Assembly: GCA_965202585.1 (NCBI GenBank)
Contig: OZ241827.1
Location: 30,566,001 to 30,630,000, forward strand
Length of the DNA: 64,000 bases
Origin: Thalia democratica
Lineage: Eukaryota
Direction of reading: 5' to 3'
The notes under the pieces are model-generated. The model saw only the letters and a list, made by a program, of their open reading frames with translations. It had not been told where the DNA came from and searched no databases. This document shows, one piece after another, positions 35,030 through 47,141 of the stretch (position 1 is its first letter; each line of letters starts with the position of its first letter). The position numbers and the translations under genes were made by a program.

Positions 35030-35696
35030 TAGGGGTGGGCAACGTACGGCCCGCAGAGTGAAAATAACCGGCCCGCGAGCAAATTTATAGGCCCGCAAAG
35101 GGTCAATATTACAAAATTTTTACAAAACTTTGTATCATATTATTACAAAACAAAACTGTTAGAATTTGACTTCAACAACATGCTAAAAAATTACTTTTTA
35201 ATTTAATGTGTACTAATAAATACACCATTTTGTCCTAGTATTTTGTGTTGTTTTAACTTAGTTGGAATATTTTTTTGTAAAATTACCCGAAGCTAAGTGT
35301 TTTTTTTAAGTACGATATTTTACATCCGTACCTTTGTCAATTATAATGTCAATTGTTTTTATAGACATTATTTAAACATCTGACATGTCTCAATCTACAT
35401 CTTAAGTTGTCAGACTTGACAATTTTTTTTGAATTTGAAGAATTTAAAAAAGTGATCATCTGTATCCATAAATTTATATTCCGGCCGGATCCGAAACTTT
35501 TATTTACATTAGAATCCGACCGGATCTGTATCTCAACTTAAAATTAGTTTCCAGTCGGATTAGGATCTAAAAATTCATTAATCGGCTTGATCCGGATACT
35601 GGGTCCGGTAAATCACTAATTCGAAATGCTTCGGCCCGCAAAAGACTAAATTTTTCCGGATCCGGCCCGTTGATTGAAAAACGTTGCCCACCCCTA
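35030..35696. mobile_element. hAT-type MITE
   Basis: TIR TAGGGGTGGGCAACG, 8-bp TSD GTCTAGAA/GTCTAAAA, GGCCCG subterminal repeats, internal ATCCGG-rich block. Confidence 0.8.
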
Positions 35697-35799
35697 GTCT
35701 AAAACAATATAATCAGAATCCAATTTAAATAATTAGCAGGGACTGTTCCTAAGTGTAGTAATTTTTGGTATAATCTTAAACTATATGATAATAATTTCT

Positions 35800-36960
35800 C
35801 ATTGTAACATATTCATACATTAATCAATATATTGTTCTTTTAGTAAAAAGTTTCTCAGATGGACCTGATACCATACAAAATGAGCTTAATTTTCAAGCCA
35901 ATTAGGCATGTTAGCCAACAGTTTATTACCATGATATGCTAGAGATTTATGCTAATGTATATTACTGCTTGGTAGGAAATCTTTTCGAATGGTTTGTACT
36001 TTATCCACATTTTAAAAACAATACTTGAATTTAAATGGTAAAAGTCATATTCAAAATTATTTTAAAAAAAACACCTAAACAAAACTTGACATTTAGTACT
36101 ATTTGTTTTTTTTAATTTTCATCATGGTTTTTGAGCTTTTTTATCAGGACATTTATCTTATTAAATTTAGTTTCATTTGCTCTAGCCCAGTTTAACAGAG
36201 CGTATCTAATGTGGCTCATAAAGAGTGATTTAAATATTAAAGATTTTTTGTTCAAGAAGTATCTCGTTTTCTATAGAAGACCGAAGAAGATGATAGTCTA
36301 TGTTTTAATGTTTCTATATGTTTTGATCATTTAAGATTATTATCCATTAAAGTAGCAAAACATTTATAACTATTAACATTTTTTAATAATTGTGATACCT
36401 ATTTAGTATTGATATTTGTATTTTTCCAAAACTTTTTTTTTGCTCTTTTGTCAACACTTAAGTTTGTTTACAATTAGCCAGTTTTAAGTTTTGTTAAAAT
36501 TAAAAAATTAAAGTTAGCACGGTGTTATACATATGTGTTTTGTTTAAAAGTAGTATATATTAATACATCATCTGCAAAATTATAACTCTTAAGCTGGTGT
36601 TGTTTTTTAAATCATTAATATGTATTAAAAACAAAAGAGGTCCTAAGACTGAGCTTTATGACTTTGCAACATCAATGTTTTCACAAGTATAACCTCTAAA
36701 ATTCACAAACTGTTTTCTTTCAGATATATATGATCTCAACAACAAACTTTCTTTTCTCCATATACGATATCATTCCAATTTGTTTAACAAAACTTCTCTT
36801 TCAAAGCCTTAACCTAGATCCAGTAAAACTGTACATACAGATTCACAGCATTATTTATCATTCTTTAACAATTTAAGACAAAGCTAAGGTGGGAAAATGG
36901 CTTTCTCTGATATCAAATCAATATTTTTAAAGATGTTGTATTTAGCAAAAAAAACTTATA
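35800..36960 (-). pseudogene. Decayed CR1/L2-group LINE reverse transcriptase remnant
   Basis: Frameshifted motifs VLLDL.KA, LLNKLE*Y.I, SYISERKQFV, SVLGP (36637-36654), TRYFLNKKSL, SHIRYALLNWA. Confidence 0.65.
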
Positions 36961-37094
36961 TATAACCATTTTTATAGTAATTTTGTTTAAACTGGATAAA
37001 ATTGTATTGAGTCTATCTATAGTTTCTAGCTTTTTTGATCTTTTCTTGAATATTGGTGTTTCTTTTGTTAATTTTAAGCTAGTTGTATATTTAC

Positions 37095-37613
37095 TAGGGT
37101 GCTTATAAAAACGCAGCCTTTGAGTTTTTAGCTAACTTTTTCATGGAAAAATCACAAAAACACCTCGTGCAAAATTTTTGCCAATTTAAAAAAAAAACAA
37201 TTTCACGGTAGCAAGTTTTAATTTTCTTAAAACCACCCCAGTTCGATAACCGAAAGGTTTTTCGTGTACCAGGTCCTACGACCAAATTCAATAAAAGTTC
37301 AATAAGTATGGGACCCAAAAAATGCAACCTTATAGTTTCTAGCTGGGAATTGTTTCACATGTAGCAATTATCACAAAAACACGTTGTGCAAAATTTAAAA
37401 CGATTTTAAGAAAGTTTTACGGAGGCACTTCTTGATTAAAATAATAACTGAAATTTGAAGAAAGTTTTCAAAAAAATTACATTAATTAAGAAATACCTCC
37501 GTTAAACTATCTTTAAATCTTATAAAATTATTTACAATGTATTTTTTATACTTGCCTTATTTAAAACGATTTCCAGCTAAAAACTCAAAGGTCACATTTT
37601 TTAAATACTTCTA
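37095..37613. mobile_element. Degenerate palindromic MITE inserted within the LINE remnant
   Basis: Imperfect TIR around CCTTTGAGTTTTTAGCT and internal inverted segments. Confidence 0.5.
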
Positions 37614-37639
37614 AGACCTCACTATTCTAGTTTTTCCAA

Positions 37640-38250
37640 AGATAGATGTTTCCAACAAGTGTCTAAGTAAACTACCAATTATTAGTATTTTTGAACTTCC
37701 TTGCATAATAATGAAGTTCTATACCAAATGGTGAGAGATTTTCATTTCCCCGTTTTATTGTTTATTGAACGACAAAAACACGCTCTAAAACTTGATATAA
37801 ATAATATCAATATCTAACAACATCGCTTAAATCTTATACTTTTTTTTTATTTTCTGCAAGACTTTAATCTTTTGATCAGAAAATATAAATTTAGCTATAG
37901 ATGGATTAAGCAGCTTTTTTACCTTTAATCCTTTTTTGACATAATTCTTATCCAAGAAGCTATTTGGTTTCCTACAACATTTGAGTCAACTAATTTTAAA
38001 ACTTTTCATTACAACTATTTCAGTCTTTTTAGCATTCTCATTATCTTTTAGCGGTATATCCTTTATTTCATAAGTTGATTTCTTTTTAAGTTTACAATTT
38101 GGTTATTTTTCAGTAATAGCTACTTTTTATATTTTACAGTTTTACTAGCATTGACTAACAATCTACTGTTTTCTTTCGCTGCTGACTCACTTGCTGTGCT
38201 TTTTTTTTTTTTATTTGCTGTCATTTCTTCATTCCTTAAAATTGCAGTTT
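37640..38250 (-). pseudogene. Probable decayed LINE ORF1 remnant
   Basis: NENLSPFGIELHYYARKFKNTNNW*FT*TLVGNIYLWK resembles the C-terminal domain of invertebrate CR1 ORF1 proteins; same strand and upstream of the RT remnant. Confidence 0.4.
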
Positions 38251-40068
38251 TTTATAATTCGAAAAAGTTAACTTTTATGTCATAACAGAAAAGTATAAAT
38301 TATTGTTTTTGATAGCTGTTTTTTTTTTCTTTTATGAGTGAAGTTGTTTTTTATAATTCAAATTTTTTCTCCAAATATAAAAAATAAGATTGCTTTATTT
38401 AGTGTACAAAATTCCAAAAACACTAGTTTCTAGTGAAACATTTTTATCAATTTTGTTTGTTTTAGACAATAATGTACACGCTAGATAAGTGATAATTTAA
38501 AAAACTCACATGAACGCTGAATAAGTTGATGTTCATAAACATTACTATTCAGACAAAATAGGAATCTCTAAAAGGTTAAAAAACTAAGTATTGTGTATGC
38601 TTATTTTAGAGTATATAAATATATTGTTTATTGATAGATAAAAAAACGCTCAAAAAGCTTGGTCTAAGGACCAGGTGTACAAAGGAACCTTTCGGTTATC
38701 TAGTAGTACTCCACATATGTGGTTGTTAAAATAACAGGATAAGTTTAAAGCAGTATAAGCATAATAACACTGTAACCTAAAAAATCCTTGATTATCTAAT
38801 TAACATTTAATTAAAAAAGTTTTTATATTAAATTTAGATATTATTCTTCACTAATAAATCATTTCGCTATTATAAATCCCCATTTGCCATAAGTAAAATA
38901 TTTTTAATGGTAAACTTTTTAGTCATGAGTTTAAATTTAATTTATAATATGAAATCGTATTTATTACAATGAAAAATTGTTATACCGGTTTATACCCAAA
39001 AAACTGACTTAGCCTGACCTGTGGCAACGCTGTATACACATCTTTTGTGGTATAAAATTAAAACCAAGTTTTTCAATTAACGTTAGTCTATTTTCATTCA
39101 AATTTGTTTTGTAGAATAATTTTGTAAAAAAACAAAACAATATAAGATACTAAGAATATAATAAATAATTATTGAGTTGCCAATTATGTTTGCTACAATC
39201 TTTTTTTTTACTCAGTTATTGTAGGTACGGACTTTCCAGGACTTTAGATTTATTTTATCAACTGACGAGTTCATTGAGTCCATTTCAGTTTGCCAAATTA
39301 ACTATTGAAAAATTAAAACTGTTGTTCTCCTTTTACAACGTAGAAACTTAATGTTTTTTCAACGTAACATTTATAATATTTTACAATATAAGTTAAACTA
39401 TAAAATCTGGTAAAAAAAGCTTATTCAGTATAAAAAATTGTTTTATTCTATCTTTTTACCAGTTATATGCGTATATACTATATACACATGTGAATTTGTA
39501 AAACCAAACGAATTTTTGTTTTTAAATGTAAATTTAATTCTAAAACATTAATGTAATATTAAACTAAAAACTTAACTGATATGCTTATTAGAATCGATAA
39601 ACTTAATTTGTTGCATTTTGTGAAGGTCTGTTGATTATAATACTCAATTTTAACAATTGTATTGTTTAGAACTAATATTTTAAAATAGTTTAGCATTTTT
39701 TAGAGCAAAAAATATTGTTAAATAGGTACTTAACCAATAAAGCTTCACTAAAAACGTAATAAAATACATATATAAAATCAACTTTAGCTGTTAAGTATAA
39801 ATTATCCATTATAAATTAAATTACTTATAACAATATCTAAACTCCGTAATTTTTTGAAGAAAATAACATGTTTTCCATAACTTGTGGCAACCGCGAATAA
39901 CAATTATAGTAAGTTTTAGTCTTTAAAATTTCGCATGTTTTATTAAAAAGATATCAAGTATAAAACGAATCGTCAAAAAATAAAGATCTATTAGATGAAG
40001 GTTATTACCACAATACGTTATGTACAGACATCTGACTAGCCTACAAAAAAAAAGTTTTTTTTACAATT

Positions 40069-40174
40069 TCAATCTTTGGGAGAAGGGCTTCTGGACATGG
40101 CTTTTTCTTCGCTTTCTTCCTGATTGCTTTCTTTCGGTGACGCATCCTCAACTTCTTTTTCTAGTGATTTTGAT
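40069..40174 (-). CDS. SRSF4/5/6: SR gene last coding exon
   Basis: [10 protein letters not shown]...SRSPSPKD*. Confidence 0.85.
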
Positions 40175-43100
40175 CTAAATACAAATGAGTTATTTCGAAA
40201 GAATTAACAAAATATATAATATTTGGTAAAACTGCTAATGCAGGTAGAACACAATGAAGATTTAAAACGCGTTCTAGTATATTAAGTATATAGTCGTCAA
40301 TAAAATGTTTCAAAAATTACTTTAATTATTCGCAAAAATTTGTAATTAAAACTTAATTTACTCGTATGGACAAAAAAAAATAATAATAATCTAAAGTACT
40401 CTTACTTGCTTCTGCTACGTTTTTCCTCAACGCTCCTTGCTCTTTTCTCCTCGCTTCTAGACCTTGATCTTGCTTTGGATTCTGATCTGGATCGACTCCT
40501 GGATCTTGAATCTTTCCTCGAACGAGACCTGCTTCTTGAACGAGATCTGCTTCGTGAATCTTTCCTTGAACGAGATCTGCTTCGTGAATCTTTCCTCGAA
40601 CGAGATCTGCTTCGTGAATCTTTCCTTGAACGAGACCTCGAACGTGATTTGGACCTCGACCTGCGGGCTGATCGTGACCTGTAGAGAAAACATGTATTTG
40701 TATTTGTTGTTAATATTTAGAAGTTTGTTGTTTTGTTTATATTTCATAATTAATACCTGGATCGAGAACGTCCTCTTGAGTGCGATCTTGACCTAGATCT
40801 TCCTCTGGAACGGGACCTCGACCTACTTTTGCTGTAACTTCTGTCAGGAACCAGTTTAATCCTCCTTCCGTTCAATTCAGTGTCGTCCATTTTCTCAATT
40901 GCACGTTTCATATCATCATAAGTGGCAAAATCTACAACTCCTGCGCAAATTTAAAACTTGTTATTAAAAAACCAAGTAAAATGAGTTTTTTTTTTTGTTA
41001 AAAGTTTTTGTCAGATCTTATTAATATTACTTTTGTTTTAAAAGATTTAACATATCACATTAATTATAAGTACAAATTGTGTATAAATAGTTTCATTAAC
41101 TTTAAGAGGCATAATTGTTTTTTTTTCTTATTGATAAATCTTATTGAAATGAAATTATGTTAAAACTCTAAAATAAGTACTTACCTACTTCATCAACAGT
41201 TGAGTTTTTTTTTGGTATATTAGGTTAAAGTAATTTGTTAATATATTTGTTAACCTAATATCAGCTATATAGTTATTAGTCTTAACTAAAAATAAGCAAC
41301 ATTGTTATGTGCAGTTTAGTATTTTATTTAACTTGAAGAGGTCACAATTGTTTGTCACCAAACCCGTTTGTGAATAAAATATTTAATTTGCACATCTTTA
41401 TTTACCTCATATCAGCTTAAATTTTTTTTTATATATTATTGTATACCTTCATTCTGACGATGTTTGTGCGCGTCAGCATAGCTAACTTCGCCTGCTTCTC
41501 TTAAATAATCTTTCAAGTCTTGCCAGCTGACACGCGACGACAGATTTTCAACAATGACACGGTATTTTGTGCGTACTGGAGGTCCGTACCTTTAAAATAA
41601 ATTTTCCATTTGCAAACTAGTTAAATTACTTTTCTTTTGTTATCAGAATCCGTGAAAAATTTATAAATGTAATATGTTTGATCTATTGCAACCATACAAT
41701 TCTAAAAAATCAATGGCTATCTCTTTTTACTAGCTATTTTTTTATCGACAAGATCTTTTGATAAAAAAATCTTAATACTTTTATGTTCTGGTAATTTAAC
41801 CGTAAAGGAGGTCAAACTATTAGTTAGGTGTAATATTTTACACTATTTTTTTTAATAATGTTTACAGCGTGATTAACTTTTAAATACATCGTATTTTTAA
41901 AAGTAAGCTTAAAAACTAATGACATTTACAATTTCATCACTAATCTTGTTAAAAAGTTAAAACTTCAGTACAATAAATAAAATGCTAACTTTCCTATCGC
42001 TCTGGAATCATAATAATTAGTCCTTCGACCGCCTCCATAACCGCCCCTGTCATATCCTCTATCACGGTATGAATCTCTGAGTAATTAATATTTGTAAACA
42101 ATACAACTACTTTATTAAAAGCATTTGAAGACAAAGACAAAATAGATCAGTTTTTTCTGTTTATTTTTAATATTATCATTCGTTTTATATAATGTATAGA
42201 GTCATGTGCTTATTTATATAATTATAAGTCAAACTAATAAATATTAACTTCAATAATATGGAATGTATTTATTCTTTCAAGAATTTATTTTACAAACTAA
42301 GTTTCGGTCGAAGACCTCGTCAGTGCTTAAATAAATCTTATTCAAATATAATAGTTGAGATCTCTTTATTTATTTTCTTAAAACCAAAACATATAATAAT
42401 ATAGGATGTAATACTTTACCACAAAAAAAAAGAAAAAAATAAACTACTATTCAAGTTACAACAAAATTTTAAAATATATAAGTTACAATTTACATAATTT
42501 TATGGTTATTTACGAATATTATTAACATGTTTTTGAGAATTTTTTTCAGATTTTTGAAAGTACAAGTTTTTGGGTCTACTTTTAGTGTAAAATTAAGTTT
42601 AAGGTAAAAAACTGTCTTTATTGTATAACAACATTGGAAAGTTACTGTTAAGCTAATTTTATTGTGTTTTTCAAAAAAATTTAATGATACCAAAAAAATT
42701 ATCTACATGATACATTTTTTGTGGTAGACTAAATTTCATTACTTTACATGTAAAATTTGTTTAAAATATCTGGTTTTTTAGTGATTTTTGTTAAAAATTC
42801 CAAAGTTTTTTATTCTAAATATCTCACATTCCATGTGTTTCCAAGTTTTAGCCTAAATTGTCAAATTATAGGTTATTTTTGCAATTCTCTATTAAGTATA
42901 TATTATTATTATAATTAAGTTACAAGTGTTCAAAGGCATAGGGGAGTTAAAACTTTTTTTTTATTTAGTCTTATTTTTCACTTAATTAATTAAGCTACCA
43001 ACTATCTTTCATCAAATTTATAGTGACTTTTAAGATATAAGCGATCAATGTTAGAACAATCAATAGGTTCTTTATGGGAAGCGCAAAACTAAAAAGACGA

Positions 43101-45683
43101 AACTTTTCGCTAAAAATCTATCTCCTCCTTCACTTTTTGAGCAATTGTTTTAAAACATTCTCAGAGTAATATTTAATAAATTTTAAAAACTTGATGAGCA
43201 TTTTTTTTTATTAAACAAAAAAAAAAGTTTATTTTCGACGTTTTTTTTTTATCAGCTTCTACAAATTTTTTGAAATATCAAAAAGAAAATTTCCTGAAAA
43301 TTCAAGTAAATTGCTTTAAAAATGAAGGAAGAAATAGATTTTTAGTGAATTTTTAAAAGTTCCGAGAAAATTTGTGATTTCGTACTTTTGTATTGGATTT
43401 TTTTTTACAAAACTGGTTATATCTTAAAATTTAATTGATTTTTATTCTATAAAAAGTATAAACCTCAAGCTTTCAAATAAGAGCCAATATAAATTTTTGT
43501 AAAAAAAAAAGCTGGACCCCCTAAGCCCTTAAATTCAAGTATTAAATTGTTATAAATTATCTTTAAAATTACATAATAAACTAATCGTAGGTAAAAAACA
43601 AATGGTTTATATTGCCAGAAGTTGCTGTTTGGTCAACAAAAATAAAAACTTTATTCTACCATAAATATAATTTATTTCTTTATTAAAAACATTATAAAGC
43701 TCTAACTTAATTTTCAAAATTAAAACCAAAACAGTTTTACAAATGTTCCACTACTAACCTGAAAATAAAAACTCAGTTGATAAATGAAAGTGTTTAAAAT
43801 TTTATAAACCACATTGCGTAATGTTCAATGTTAGTCATAAACTATGTATTCTATCTGAATTTCAAACATAAATTAAAATAATTAAAATTACATAAGAAAC
43901 TGTTAGTATTTAAGGCTAGATTATTACTCAATCATAAATATAGCTTAGTAAGTTTTCATTTTGTTAAGTAACAATCCATGATAGTGAAAGCAAATGTTTT
44001 GTCATTCGTTTTTCGTTTTTAAGGATACTTATATGTTTTATTTAATTTTTTTCTTCAACATATCTAAACCATAGAGTATTCAAACATTTGGTATTGAAAT
44101 TTTGTATTTTCCTGATAAATATTTTTCACTTAAATTAAAATAAAATTATTTTACAGACACTACATGATCAACATTATTGATATTAAACTACAACAGTATA
44201 GTTAAAGGTTTAGAAAAACAAACTCAGTTTTTGATTGATTCAGGTTTAAATTATATAAGTCCAACCACCTTCAGATAAGGAAAAAAGATGCACAATAACT
44301 ATTTACCTGTGCGAGTCTCTCCTTCCAAAACCTCCTCTGAATCCTCCGCCGCCGCCTCCGCTTCTCGGTGTTCCCTTGGCATGCTCGATTGTCACTCTCT
44401 CGCCACAAATTTCCCGGTTGTTCAACTCGTACACTGCGTCTTCCGCATCTCTATAAATACTTTTGTTTAAAGAGGAGATAAATATGGATTCAAATTATAA
44501 AAAAATTGATATTTTTATTTTCATTCAAGTTCGTAATAGTTAGTGAGGAGCAATCATAATGACACATACATCTTAAAACGGTGATTTTAAGAAAAAATCA
44601 GTTCTAGAAAACTTCTTAAATAACCATTTAAAACCTTCATATATAAATGTACTTTGTTTCATAATAGGCATTAATTAATTTCTTCTAAAAATTAAAACTT
44701 ACTTATTTATATATATATATTTATTTATTTAATTATATAAAAACTATAATTTAAACAGCTGTTTCACACATTGAAATGTAAAATTTCATGTGATCGTCAG
44801 TAAGTTACAGTTTATTATAATAGTGAACAGAAATTTCGATTTTAGAATTTTTTATAATAATTATGACGTAGTAATGGTACAGTTTATTGTACGATTAGTT
44901 GAATTTGAAATACGCTGTGAATATTATTCTATGCTTTTTAGGAAAGTTTAAAAAGGTTATTTTGTAATTCTAAGATCGAAATTTCTGTTCACTATTATAT
45001 TATAATAAACTGTAACTTACTGACGATCACATGAAATTTTACATTTCAATGTGTGAAACAGCTGTTTAAATTATAGTTTTTATATAATTAAATAAATATT
45101 AAGCTCCAATTTGATTTGTCGAGCACTATCGATCAGAACTTTGTATAAAACCTTTGTATAAAGACTCCGTAGATCTGTTCTTAAATTTATTTGAGAGCAG
45201 TGAAACGCCGTTAGTCGGAATAAAGTTTTAGCACAAGAACATCTGTGATATACATTCCGATAAGCTTAGCTTATCAGGATCTCCAGGATTTAACGCCTTA
45301 TAACGTTACATCTTATATATATATATATATATACATAATAATTTCATAACTAGCTTCCTAAACATTTATAAAATATTTAAAACTAACAAAAAATAATAAT
45401 TAGCTTGAATGTCAAAGAATCACATTTGCTTAATTATACTTTTATTTTCCTTTATTTGAATTAGTATTTAGTTTTCATAAAAGGCAAACATAAGACCATA
45501 ACTGTGCAAAAAGAAAATATTAAAGTACATTATTATTAACCTTGCATCATCAAATTGAACAAATCCGTATCCGTTTTTCAGTGAGATGTCCCTCAACTTT
45601 CCATATCCTTTAAAGAATCTCTCAACATCACTTTCCCTGGCTCTGTGATTCAGGCGACCAATGAAAACTCTTGTGTTTGACAT
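40069..45683 (-). CDS. SRSF4/5/6: Serine/arginine-rich splicing factor of the SRSF4/5/6 (B52/SRp55) group, 359 aa, RRM1-Gly linker-RRM2-RS domain
   Basis: Coding exons 45541-45683, 44307-44450, 41990-42076, 41447-41589, 40757-40940, 40406-40678, 40069-40174 splice in frame (1080 bp). [14 protein letters not shown], and diagnostic [15 protein letters not shown] motif; RS tail. Paralogue not resolvable. Confidence 0.95.
40406..40678 (-). CDS. SRSF4/5/6: SR gene coding exon 6 (RS domain with 30-bp internal tandem repeat)
   Basis: ([10 protein letters not shown])n. Confidence 0.9.
40757..40940 (-). CDS. SRSF4/5/6: SR gene coding exon 5
   Basis: [29 protein letters not shown] then RS. Confidence 0.95.
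41447..41589 (-). CDS. SRSF4/5/6: SR gene coding exon 4 (RRM2)
   Basis: [42 protein letters not shown]. Confidence 0.95.
41990..42076 (-). CDS. SRSF4/5/6: SR gene coding exon 3 (G/R/Y linker)
   Basis: [18 protein letters not shown]..., phase 2-2. Confidence 0.85.
42269..42394. mobile_element. ~125-bp mini-derivative of the 32.5-35.0 kb PLE (inverted HHR segment plus 3' tail) in SR gene intron 2
   Basis: 42271-42338 matches 32509-32577; 42355-42398 matches 34955-34993; imperfect 17-bp flanking direct repeat (42252-42268, 42395-42411). Confidence 0.75.
42283..42336 (-). ncRNA. Minimal type I hammerhead ribozyme motif, sense to SR pre-mRNA
   Basis: CUGACGA GGUC-UUC-GACC GAAACUUAGUUU; core differs from the 34860 copy only in loop II. 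Confidence 0.7.
42934..43528. mobile_element. Older copy of the TTAA-type MITE family
   Basis: Degenerate TIR, shared AAAATCTATCTCCTCCTTC motif, TTAA at right end. Confidence 0.65.
44307..44450 (-). CDS. SRSF4/5/6: SR gene coding exon 2
   Basis: [26 protein letters not shown]... Confidence 0.95.
44739..44815 (-). ncRNA. Atypical type I hammerhead motif, inverted copy, sense to SR pre-mRNA (intron 1)
   Basis: Reverse complement of 45005-45081. Confidence 0.6.
45005..45081 (+). ncRNA. Atypical type I hammerhead motif with long stem II, predicted GUU cleavage after 45066
   Basis: CUGACGA (45020-45026), U-CACAU-GAAAU/AUUUC-A-AUGUG-U, GAAA, palindrome AAACAGCUGUUU, ~12-bp stem I; U.U at 10.1/11.1 is non-standard. 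Confidence 0.6.
45541..45683 (-). CDS. SRSF4/5/6: SR gene coding exon 1 (RRM1 N-half)
   Basis: [28 protein letters not shown]...; CAG acceptor at 45693-45694 implies an unlocated upstream non-coding exon. Confidence 0.95.
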
Positions 45684-46720
45684 AATTTACGCCTGGAAAC
45701 AATTGTTATTGAAACTTGAGTTCATCATACAAATAAAAATTGAACAGTGTTTTCAAAAATCAGTTAAGATAATTTTGTTTATTTTCATGACTTCTTTCAA
45801 GTATCTAATCAAAAGAAACCTATGTTAGAAAATTTAACTTACTAGAAATTATTTAAAAACAACTTATCTATCAAAATTTAAGTATAAAGAAGCTTGTATA
45901 AGAGTAAAACACTTGAATAAAACAACAGTAGGAGCTCTTGGTACGAATTGATCTTCACTAGTATTTACTTTTTTAAATAAACTTTTAAATACTTACTCAA
46001 GCTTCATTGTTACTTTTTTGGCACAAAAAGTTGACACTTTTCTAATAAGCTTTTTATTTTATTTAAATTCTTAAGTTTTCTTATAACAAACTTAGATTTG
46101 TATGTGGGTTATCTTAAAATTTAAAATTTAGAGAGTAAAAATAAATACTTTTTTATTACCAGTTTAATTCATGAAACGGTAAAGAAGAAAATTAAAACAA
46201 CACTTATAAAAGGAAATATTTATTCTAATACACTATACTAGACAACTGAACTTATATTGTAGTAAGTTTAAACTTTTAGGCTCTTTTGATTGTATCTCAA
46301 GAATGTTGAAAAACACTTATCATCAAAAAAAATCAGTAGTTATATGAAAATATTAGGTCTTTCATTTTACTATAACAGTATCTGCCTTTAATTGGAAAAA
46401 ATAACAAAATGCAAAGTTATATCATGGTTGCCATTTAATAAGGCATACAAAGTAACCTATGTAGTTACTAACTAAGGCTGACCTAAATAAGCTAGTTTTT
46501 TTTTACTCTTAAAAATAAAATGCTTCTGGAACAACCTATAAAACCTATAAACTTTTACTTAATTTTAAGTCATAGTGAAAATGACTAGAATTTTATGTAT
46601 TAAAGCCAATTTCTAGAAAACATACCTTTGTAAAAGTATAGTAAGTTCAAAATTTGAAGACTTTTAAAAAATTTATATGCAGAATTGGAAGTAAGCATAT
46701 TTTTGTTTTTATAAAACAGC

Positions 46721-47112
46721 CAGGGTTGCTAAAGGTTTTTTGTAAACTTCTTCCAGGTTTTCTTGTTTTCTTCCATGTTTAAAACAAACAATACTTATAT
46801 TTGTAGTATAAAATCAAACTTAAAGTAAAAAAACTGTCTTAAATAGTATAAATAATTAAAAAGATAATGTTTTGCTATTTAGAATATGTTTTTTTATGAT
46901 AAAAAACTAAAATTATAAAAAAAATTTTATCTTTACAATAGATTTCGTATGTAATTGAAACTTCTTACTTTACTTTAAAAATAGTTTGAAATTCAATTTT
47001 TTCCAGGTTCTTTGGTAGTTTTTTTTTTCAAAATTCCAGATTTTTCCTGTTTTTTTTTTTAAGTTTTCAAATTCTAAGTTTTTCCAGGATTTTAGATTTT
47101 TTGGCAACCAAG
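46721..47112. mobile_element. MITE family A (TIR CAGGGTTGC), 6-bp TSD AACAGC
   Basis: AACAGC at 46715-46720 and 47113-47118. Confidence 0.75.
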
Positions 47113-47141
47113 AACAGCACTCAGATTAAAAACATAATATG

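Larger units (their letters stand above)
44722..45312. mobile_element. Foldback element with HHR-bearing inverted arms (44722-44849 and 44966-45098) plus tail, between (TA)n tracts; probable non-autonomous PLE derivative
   Basis: ~130-bp near-perfect inverted repeat; (TA)n at 44706-44721 and 45314-45334. Confidence 0.6.

Noticed and set aside
39260-39300. CTGACGAG motif
   Set aside because: No downstream GAAA or stem III; at most a decayed HHR.
40406-40796. Plus-strand ORFs 40406-40684 and 40464-40796, and minus ORF 40457-40747
   Set aside because: Shadow or alternate frames of the low-complexity RS exon.
44268-44306. Pyrimidine-rich acceptor 38 nt after SR exon 2 donor
   Set aside because: The implied intron is much shorter than any other in the window (shortest ~80 nt).
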